A model generated the notes under the pieces. The model saw nothing but the letters and a program-made list of their open reading frames with translations. It had not been told where the DNA came from and did no database searches. Of a stretch of 25,914 bases of DNA, positions 8,909 to 15,874 are shown one piece after another (positions within the stretch are counted from its first letter, which is position 1; every line of letters starts with the position of its first letter). The stretch lies in IMG/VR virus record IMGVR_UViG_3300025469_000026; one strand, given 5' to 3'. Origin of the DNA: a virus. The translations under genes were made by a program, and so were the position numbers.

Positions 8909-10174
8909 TTAAGCATGGAACCCGAACGCATAAGCATTCTTGTTAGGCTGGCAGCAATACAGATTCGTAGCCAACTTCAAAAATACTGCATTCATGCTAG
9001 GATTGTCGTACTGCTGCGTTTTACGAGTACCAAAGTTCCAATCTGGATTATTCGTTGTGCGCAGTTTGAATGTCGATGGGTCAAGGAAGTAAATTGCTTC
9101 CGATGGCTGAATAATCGCATTCGATGGCAAATTCGAGTTCGTTGGAGAGAAATTGATTGCCGCTCCAGTGCTGTCATAGAACTGTGGAGTCTGATATGCG
9201 ATTGTTGCAGTGTTCGATCCAATACCATCCTTCAACTGCGTATTGCCTGTCGATCCTGCTGATCCATTGATCGGAATGTAATACTGAGCTACTGCTGAAG
9301 GTGCCAACGGGTCTTTGAAAATCTCTGTTCCGTTGAAGTTAATGGAACTCCAGCTTAGATTGTGGTCACTATGCTGCGTATCGCGGTAATAGGCCATAAG
9401 AGACTTCGCAATCGCCTTGAAACCAAAGACGTTTGTGATTCCCAACTTCGGCTTACCACCCCACATTTCGCACTGAGAACTCAATTGAATCAATGTATCA
9501 AAATCAATCTGCCCAGGCCCGCTAGTTGCAGGAGAAGACGAACTGCTACTGTAGTTTCCTTGACCACAATAGACCGGAGTCACGTTAATCGCCTTGCCAA
9601 TCGCACCATTGCGTAACTGTTCGCCATAGGAAAGATAACGGTTCCCATAAAGCGATGTGTCGATAGCGTTGTTCAGCGCTTCATCAAGGCCGTTTGATGC
9701 CTTATGACGGTCATCACTTACCGTCGAAGATGAATTCTGTCCGTGACGGAAAGCATCCATCGCAAGCATCGTATTGATGTTTTGCATCATAGCACTCATG
9801 AAGATTGAATAGAGATTAAAGATTCTCGACGGACCAGAGTTGATAACTCCGCCGTCCGGTCCCATCTCCCAATCACTATACGGGAAGTTTGATTGGTATC
9901 CCTTCTCGTAGAACTTCAGTTTGTCTGTGATCTGCTGGCGCATCAACGTAACTGTCTGCGCAGGATCGATTGCAGAACCGTTAGGAGTTCCATACAAAAT
10001 CGGCTCTGTCATGCCAGCACCGCCAAGATACGGTTCTGCTACTCCAGCATGGCGAAGTTCGTCAAGAAACGGAGTCCCAACGAAAAACTCGTTCCACACA
10101 ACTTCATCACGAACAGACTCTAGGTTCGCGCTGTCAACTTCAGAAAAAGTTGGATCATTCTGCACGTATGGCAT
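8909..10174 (-). CDS. Major capsid protein (probable HK97 fold)
   Basis: 421 aa, directly after the scaffold-like gene, AAAGGA RBS. Patterns GG...EPILYG, NSG...IFNL, NGL..AL and final NLYC.QP match MCP-type sequences as I recall them. Confidence 0.75.
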   Translation of the reverse strand: MPYVQNDPTFSEVDSANLESVRDEVVWNEFFVGTPFLDELRHAGVAEPYLGGAGMTEPILYGTPNGSAIDPAQTVTLMRQQITDKLKFYEKGYQSNFPYSDWEMGPDGGVINSGPSRIFNLYSIFMSAMMQNINTMLAMDAFRHGQNSSSTVSDDRHKASNGLDEALNNAIDTSLYGNRYLSYGEQLRNGAIGKAINVTPVYCGQGNYSSSSSSPATSGPGQIDFDTLIQLSSQCEMWGGKPKLGITNVFGFKAIAKSLMAYYRDTQHSDHNLSWSSINFNGTEIFKDPLAPSAVAQYYIPINGSAGSTGNTQLKDGIGSNTATIAYQTPQFYDSTGAAINFSPTNSNLPSNAIIQPSEAIYFLDPSTFKLRTTNNPDWNFGTRKTQQYDNPSMNAVFLKLATNLYCCQPNKNAYAFGFHA

Positions 10175-10216
10175 GTTGTTTCCTTTCAGCTACTTAAGCT
10201 GCTTTCCTGATTTTAA

Positions 10217-11212
10217 TTACGCCGCTACTGTTTGGCGTTGTTCCTCAAAGCGTTTGATTACATTTTGTTGCGTCAATTTCAACCGAGCTTCTGGAGTCAT
10301 CTTCGTCGGGTCTGGACGTTCTCCCGCAGAAACGGCTCTCTTGATTTCTGCTACCCTTGCCGATCCTGGCGGTAAGTGCATATCAGGATGAGAACTAATC
10401 TGCTCGGCCATCTTGCGTTCCTTGGCAGAAAATTCAGCAGCTTGGGCATCCATCTTTGCCTTCCACTCAGATTCCTTTTCGGCTGCGGTTTTTGCAGCAA
10501 TCTCATCATCGTGCTTCTTTGCTTCAGCCGCACGATGCTCCGCTTCCTTCTCCGCAAACTTAAATGTCCTAGCCGCATATTCCATCGGGCTAAGTTTTAG
10601 ACGATCTGCCTCAGATACAAGTTGGCTAGGAGAAATAGGAATCGGAGTTCCATAAAGTTGCTGATACTTCCAGCCAATGTCCTGAATCGTGTGTACTCCC
10701 TGATCCAAACGCTTCATAATCGCATCTTCTGAAAACGTAGGCGTTCCGGGAGTTTTGTTTTGGTCTACCACTGGAGCAGGGGGAGGGGTAAATACTGGAG
10801 CATTTGATGGATCGATTCCTAGTGTCCCAAGGTAACTTTCTCTCTGAGCCTTATAGTAAGCAGCCTCAGCTTTTGCATCTGCCGCTTCTTTGGCCAGTCT
10901 TGCTTTTTCTGCTTCCGCTTCCGCATTCGCAGCAGGATAAACATTTGCCCAAAAATCTTGTGCTTGCCTTACGTTCAGTTCCGCAGCTTCCTGTGCTGCT
11001 ACTGCTGCTGCTGTTGCGGCTTCCTGCGCTTTCCTATCCTCCTCAGCCTTTTGTGCTGCCGCTAATGCCGCTTGTTCCTTTTGCTCTGCTGTCTGATAAA
11101 TGTTTGTAACGTAACTATTGAGACCCGTGCGGGCCTGCGCATCAAGAGCATCAATCTGATCTTGCGTCCAACCGGATTGCTTCAAAACTTCTGCTAATGT
11201 CGGTACTGGCAT
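10217..11212 (-). CDS. Capsid scaffolding protein
   Basis: 331 aa with Ala/Glu/Lys/Gln-rich coiled coils and a basic C-terminal helix, immediately upstream of MCP. Confidence 0.65.
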   Translation of the reverse strand: MPVPTLAEVLKQSGWTQDQIDALDAQARTGLNSYVTNIYQTAEQKEQAALAAAQKAEEDRKAQEAATAAAVAAQEAAELNVRQAQDFWANVYPAANAEAEAEKARLAKEAADAKAEAAYYKAQRESYLGTLGIDPSNAPVFTPPPAPVVDQNKTPGTPTFSEDAIMKRLDQGVHTIQDIGWKYQQLYGTPIPISPSQLVSEADRLKLSPMEYAARTFKFAEKEAEHRAAEAKKHDDEIAAKTAAEKESEWKAKMDAQAAEFSAKERKMAEQISSHPDMHLPPGSARVAEIKRAVSAGERPDPTKMTPEARLKLTQQNVIKRFEEQRQTVAA

Positions 11213-11239
11213 AATTCACTATTCTCCCGGATTTCCTTG

Positions 11240-11530
11240 TTAAGAGTACGATGGCTGTTGACTTGTAGGCGTTGGTTGAGGCGGTGCAATCAATTTTGTC
11301 TGTGCCTCTCCTATTGCCTGCACGATCTTGTTCAATTCAGCAGCTATTTGAGGATACGCTTGCGCTATTTCCTGCGCTGCTTGACTCCACTTACCTAACA
11401 ATTGTTGGATTTGATTTGCTGGACCCTGAGACGGTGGGCCTTGCTTCCCTCCACCATCAGGAGGCGGAGGAGGAGGACCACCCTGCGGTGATCCCCCCTG
11501 ATCTGGCATTGGCATTGCATTCGTAGCCAT
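11240..11530 (-). CDS. Pro/Gln/Gly-rich small protein of the head module
   Basis: 96 aa, GGAG RBS, disordered N-terminus followed by a helical hairpin. Confidence 0.7.
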   Translation of the reverse strand: MATNAMPMPDQGGSPQGGPPPPPPDGGGKQGPPSQGPANQIQQLLGKWSQAAQEIAQAYPQIAAELNKIVQAIGEAQTKLIAPPQPTPTSQQPSYS

Positions 11531-11551
11531 GATTTCTCCGTTAGGGGTTGG

Positions 11552-11653
11552 TTACAGCTTTACGGCTGTCTTCTTGCTGGTGCGCTTGTGGCCACGGCCT
11601 TTTTGTGTGGCCTTCTTCAAATGACTCTTTTTTCCACTTATGCGATGCTTCAT
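11552..11653 (-). CDS. 33-aa highly basic peptide MKHRISGKKSHLKKATQKGRGHKRTSKKTAVKL
   Basis: Manually translated (below the ORF-track cutoff). Strong AAAGGAG RBS; first ORF after the promoter at 11773-11801. Confidence 0.7.
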   Translation of the reverse strand: MKHRISGKKSHLKKATQKGRGHKRTSKKTAVKL

Positions 11654-11687
11654 GGTGTTTCTCCTTTGGGTTTGAGGTTTTTTATCC

Positions 11688-11726
11688 AACAAAAATGGCT
11701 TGAGCCATTTTGATGGTCTCAAGCCA
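11688..11726 (-). terminator. Intrinsic terminator in the leader of the head operon
   Basis: Minus strand TGGCTTGAG-A-CCAT-CAAA-ATGG-CTCAAGCCA (13 bp) followed by TTTTTGTT. Confidence 0.7.
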
Positions 11727-11772
11727 CGCTGGTTCCCAAAGGGAGGGCGGTCGCCCGATTGATTCTTTTTAG

Positions 11773-11801
11773 ATCATTCCACTTTTTTGCTGTCTTGTCA
11801 A
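11773..11801 (-). promoter_or_regulatory. Sigma70-type promoter for the head genes
   Basis: TTGACA (11801-11796), 17-nt spacer, AATGAT (11778-11773) with an extended -10 TGn. Confidence 0.65.
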
Positions 11802-11819
11802 GAGGTAAAATGACAAAAT

Positions 11820-12059
11820 TTAGATTATTTTGTCTTCTATCCCTAATTCCTTCTTAAATTTCGCTGCCAAAACCTCTGAGACTCTGGTTTTTTGTTCAAC
11901 AGTTACTCCCTGCACTCCGCCTCCACAATATACAACAGACATTTTTCCATCTGTCTTTCCTGCGCGTACTTCATCGTGAGCCTCTCCTACATCTGTAGGG
12001 AGATCGAAGCTGGATTCTGTAACCAAGTATACCTTTTGCGCCTTAATTCTGAGTGCCAT
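11820..12059 (-). CDS. Hypothetical protein
   Basis: 79 aa, AGGAGAG RBS, downstream of the portal. Confidence 0.7.
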   Translation of the reverse strand: MALRIKAQKVYLVTESSFDLPTDVGEAHDEVRAGKTDGKMSVVYCGGGVQGVTVEQKTRVSEVLAAKFKKELGIEDKII

Positions 12060-12091
12060 CTTTCTCTCCTATGGTGTTTGATTTGTACTAC

Positions 12092-14200
12092 TTAGCTCTC
12101 TTTCACAATTGTTCTCGGAGTTCCACCTGCTCCACCTTTTTGTGCAAGACGAGGTTGTTTTTTACCACTTGGATCACGTCCCCCCGCGTGCTGCCCTGCC
12201 GGTCCTTTTCCTCCCTTGCCACCTTGAGGCTGTCCTCCTCCTTCCAATACAGATGGATCAATCCCCATTTCCTTCAACTTCATGAAAGCCTTGGCCTTGG
12301 CAATAATTGCCATGACCTGCAATTCTGTTTCCTCGTTGAAAAACTTTTCTTTTTCCGTCGCGCCCGAAGAATCTCCCCAGTTCGCTATGTCTATTGTTTT
12401 CATCACTGTAGACCAGCTTAACGGGGCACCGGTGCGCTTCAGTTGCAACATCATCATCTGACGCTGCATAGCCGTAATCCTTAGCAGCGTATTCGGCACA
12501 GAAACAAGCCTCAACTTCTTTACAAAATACTTTGCCCGCGTCAGACGATCATACATTGATGGTGTAGTGGGAAATTGACCACCGAATAATTCATCTGGCA
12601 AGTGGCTAGGAACCATATCGTCAGGATTGAAGTCAAACATTTCCTTTGCTATATTGTCTGGCCCTACATACTCAATAAGCCTTCCTGCGTCAAACCATTG
12701 AGGAATAAGAACTTTCATCCTTTCTCCTACGCGCTTGTTGGCTTTTTCTATCCTCATCGCTATCCCCTTAGCGATAGGACCGATAGACTCCAGCATTTTA
12801 TCTGCTGTATCGTTTGCAATGTTCATCTTCATGTTGGCTAGGTTTCCAACATCGTTCAATCCTAGTTGAGCAAGTTCTTTCTCGCCTAGATATTTTAGGT
12901 ATCCTGTATTTTCTCCGGTTACTCGAACTTCTTCTGGAAGAAGAGATTGTAATGTCTTCCTTGGTTCACTCCCACCAAACAATCCTAGCCTTTGATCTGG
13001 TGCAAACATATCCCATGTTTCAATGCTCTTTCCTCCGTTTTCATCTGCGTTATATCCCAACGGAGGGTCCATTTGCGCAGAAAGAACCTGATCCATAAGC
13101 CTTTCATGCTTGCGAATCGTTGATTCAATTGAAGATACATCTCCTACTAACGATCTTCCTAGCGCCTCCCATGCCCAATCATCTACTGTGTACTGAATAA
13201 CAGGTATTTTAGAGTCCCAATCGTAGGAAGTACCGTCATACATCGGCTTGTCGAGTCCTGATGACGTGATGATGAGCCGTAGGTTAGGGTAGATTCGGCA
13301 ATCTTCCACCATTGCAGGACGCATGTATGGTTTACCATCTCTCATCCCTCCAAATATCGGTTGGCCCAAAGACGGAACTTTATAAAACCAAGACGTTCCC
13401 GGCTCGCCGCATTGCATCTCTTTTCCAGAAGTATTGATGCGTATGTCCCTTATAAATGTGTATCTTATCTCCGTATAAAGATTTCCAAAACTGCGACTCT
13501 GTGACTCTCCTACGCTTCCATAACGATACATCGCAGCAAAATCCTGCCGCTGTGCTTGTATCAGTGTCTTGTAATTATTCCGTCCGACTGTTTGTAATTG
13601 TCCTTGGAATAGAGGAAAGTTCGCACACGCCTCGGCAATCGGCATATAATCGTAAATTGTTACAGCGTAAGCATCTTGAACGTCATTTGACTTTGAAGGA
13701 ATCTGGACTGGAACTACATCTAATAGTCCTAGAGCATCAAATTTCATCTCTCTTGGTCCAAAATGATACTCGGACGCAACTACTTTAGGCCATAGGTATC
13801 CAATACCCATGACCGTCGCATACTGCAAAACTTTCAAGATTTGGTAGGGAAAATCAGACTCTAAATAAACACATTTGCTTACCTTTGTAAGCATCTCCGC
13901 CATTGCTTTATAGGCAGGAACATCTGAGCTAAATCCAGCAATTTCACGTACTTCCGCTAAAGTTGTACAAAATTTATTGATATTATATTTTAACTGATTG
14001 GTTACTAACGAACTTCTAGTCTTGTCTTTGAATATACCATCAAAGACACGAAGATTTTTCTCAAGATTTCGGTAGCAGGCTTGACCAGAAAGGAATCCCT
14101 CACCCTCTTTGATTTGTTCCTCAACCCAAGCGATTTTTTCCGCGTTGGATGCTTCAAAATTCGGAACTCGCCATTTTACGGTTTCAAGTTCAGCAGGCAC
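12092..14200 (-). CDS. Portal protein (probable)
   Basis: 702 aa, GTG start after GGGAGG. Size, position between terminase and scaffold/MCP, helical core and a Gln/Gly/Lys-rich C-terminal tail. Confidence 0.7.
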   Translation of the reverse strand: MPAELETVKWRVPNFEASNAEKIAWVEEQIKEGEGFLSGQACYRNLEKNLRVFDGIFKDKTRSSLVTNQLKYNINKFCTTLAEVREIAGFSSDVPAYKAMAEMLTKVSKCVYLESDFPYQILKVLQYATVMGIGYLWPKVVASEYHFGPREMKFDALGLLDVVPVQIPSKSNDVQDAYAVTIYDYMPIAEACANFPLFQGQLQTVGRNNYKTLIQAQRQDFAAMYRYGSVGESQSRSFGNLYTEIRYTFIRDIRINTSGKEMQCGEPGTSWFYKVPSLGQPIFGGMRDGKPYMRPAMVEDCRIYPNLRLIITSSGLDKPMYDGTSYDWDSKIPVIQYTVDDWAWEALGRSLVGDVSSIESTIRKHERLMDQVLSAQMDPPLGYNADENGGKSIETWDMFAPDQRLGLFGGSEPRKTLQSLLPEEVRVTGENTGYLKYLGEKELAQLGLNDVGNLANMKMNIANDTADKMLESIGPIAKGIAMRIEKANKRVGERMKVLIPQWFDAGRLIEYVGPDNIAKEMFDFNPDDMVPSHLPDELFGGQFPTTPSMYDRLTRAKYFVKKLRLVSVPNTLLRITAMQRQMMMLQLKRTGAPLSWSTVMKTIDIANWGDSSGATEKEKFFNEETELQVMAIIAKAKAFMKLKEMGIDPSVLEGGGQPQGGKGGKGPAGQHAGGRDPSGKKQPRLAQKGGAGGTPRTIVKES

Positions 14201-14266
14201 ATATACTCACAATCCTCCCGGTACACTGTTTTGTCCTGGCTCCCAAGCCAGAACATGACTAAACGC

Positions 14267-14295
14267 ATGATAAACTATTTTTTGTCAAGTGTCTA
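14267..14295 (-). promoter_or_regulatory. Sigma70-type promoter upstream of the portal
   Basis: TAGACA (14295-14290), 17-nt spacer, TATCAT (14272-14267). Confidence 0.55.
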
Positions 14296-14305
14296 CAAAA
14301 ATTTT

Positions 14306-15112
14306 CTATCGTCCGTTCTCATAACCCTCGCTGTGTAGAAATGACTCCCTTTGACGTTCCCAAGATTTCGGTTTCTTGCTAGACCACTCTTCCGCCGAAC
14401 GAAGAAAATCACGATTCATATTATTCCTTGCGTTTTCCATCAGTGTTCGCCTATGACGACGAATCTCATCCAATCTCGGTTCTTCAATTGCCCGTCTCCT
14501 CTCGTTCTCAATCCTGAGTTCACGACTTTCCTGCTGGCGTTGGAGTTCCGAATACTTCTCTGCCTCAAATACATTATTGCAAACGATCTTTTGTACATTT
14601 TTCGGAGCAGGACGATCTTCGGGAAGTCCGAGACTCAATCTTCCGTTCCTATCCTTATAGTACACAATCTTCTTGTCAAGTTGTGCTGCCCCTCGAATCC
14701 AAGACTTCGGCCTCAGATCGTATGCCATATCCGATGCGCCTTGGGTAAAACGCTTCCATATATATAGGATAGCGTTCTTGATTCCTGGTCCGCGCATAGG
14801 AAAATCGGTCGTTACCATCCAATCCGTTGCACACCAATGAGTCACATCACTGATTACATCCTTGTTCTCTAGGAAATACGTCCCATTGTAGACAAACCAA
14901 TTCCCGTCATGAAACCAGCAGCACTCCATCCTGCCGTCATGCCATGCAATTACTTTTTGAGAATCCTTAGCGGGTACTCGTTTCTTGACACTCACCCACT
15001 TTTTAGACTCTTTCAATGCACGTGCTTGTTCCTTGCTCTCTTGCTTCAGCGCAGCAAGTTCCGCCTTGAGTTTCGATTCCCGTTGTTCGATCATTCCTTG
15101 CGCGTTAGGCAT
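14306..15112 (-). CDS. Hypothetical protein with a DUF551-like N-terminal domain fused to a coiled-coil phage domain
   Basis: KWVSVKKRVP...VIAW...W...VTHW pattern resembles DUF551; the C-terminus is R/E/Q-rich. Confidence 0.6.
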   Translation of the reverse strand: MPNAQGMIEQRESKLKAELAALKQESKEQARALKESKKWVSVKKRVPAKDSQKVIAWHDGRMECCWFHDGNWFVYNGTYFLENKDVISDVTHWCATDWMVTTDFPMRGPGIKNAILYIWKRFTQGASDMAYDLRPKSWIRGAAQLDKKIVYYKDRNGRLSLGLPEDRPAPKNVQKIVCNNVFEAEKYSELQRQQESRELRIENERRRAIEEPRLDEIRRHRRTLMENARNNMNRDFLRSAEEWSSKKPKSWERQRESFLHSEGYENGR

Positions 15113-15794
15113 TTTTCTTATCCTCGAAATTAGTATAATACCCTACATACGATTGCGTTGCCGCCCTCACCCATACTGTAGGATACTTCCCTCCTCCAGA
15201 CGCGGTCAAATCGCCGCTAAGTGCAATGGAGTTAATTTTATACCATCCATTTCTCACGGATTCTATGAACCGTTCCATCGTCATCGGATAACTAAACTTT
15301 GTCGTATACCAACCAGACTTCTCTAAAAATTCTTTTCTTGATTGATAAAACCTAGTAAACCCCATCCTCTTTAATTGGTGCTGCGTAGTATCTCCAGGAG
15401 CCGACACTTGCTCAATTACAAGCAATGGTCCTCTCGGATCAATACATTCCTCTCCGTAATACCTAGCAATTTGTGCAACGATTGGAACTAACTCTACTGG
15501 ACTCTGCTCGTGCGAAACATATTCCGCTACCTGTACGCAAGGTTCATCTATTTTTCCTACGCGCATCACAGAAATCACGGATGGGTCTACTCCAAGTCCA
15601 TGCCCTGTTTCAACCCCTATACTATAATCGTATCCTTCGCGTGGTTCCTCGTAAATCGTCAAACCGTCTATTTCAAGTTTTCCTATCGCAATAGGAGAAT
15701 ACTCTTTAGGTGTTATCTCCGCAAATATGTTCGGCGCAACCGCTGCAGTAGCCGCTCCGATACCTAAAAACTTAAAGAATGTTCGTCTGTTCAT
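15105..15794 (-). CDS. Stand-alone paralog of the terminase RNase-H-like nuclease domain carrying a twin-arginine (Tat) signal peptide; probably catalytically degenerate
   Basis: Likely start ATG 15794 (AAAGGT RBS): MNRRTFFKFLGIGAATAAVAPNIFA|E. Aligns by eye with the C-terminal third of the adjacent TerL (YDYSIGVETGHGL vs FDYACGVDTADGL; IEQVSAPGDTTQHQLKRMGF vs IEQVRGPGDTCQNQLKIMGF; GWY, GWY; VRAATQSY vs VRAAAQSY). Confidence 0.8.
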   Translation of the reverse strand: MNRRTFFKFLGIGAATAAVAPNIFAEITPKEYSPIAIGKLEIDGLTIYEEPREGYDYSIGVETGHGLGVDPSVISVMRVGKIDEPCVQVAEYVSHEQSPVELVPIVAQIARYYGEECIDPRGPLLVIEQVSAPGDTTQHQLKRMGFTRFYQSRKEFLEKSGWYTTKFSYPMTMERFIESVRNGWYKINSIALSGDLTASGGGKYPTVWVRAATQSYVGYYTNFEDKKNA

Positions 15795-15874
15795 TATTTC
15801 TGCTACCTTTCTAGTGTGCAAAAGTGAGCACACTGGTTAGTTCCTGCTTCTTCCAAACCGCTTGCCCCATCCCC

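Noticed and set aside
14283-14288. TTGACA as the -35 box of the portal promoter
   Set aside because: No -10 box at 16-18 nt spacing; the overlapping TAGACA-17-TATCAT fits better
15795-15833. Longer start (MCSLLHTRKVAEI) for the TerL paralog
   Set aside because: The SD-like AAAGGT lies inside this extension, correctly spaced for ATG 15794
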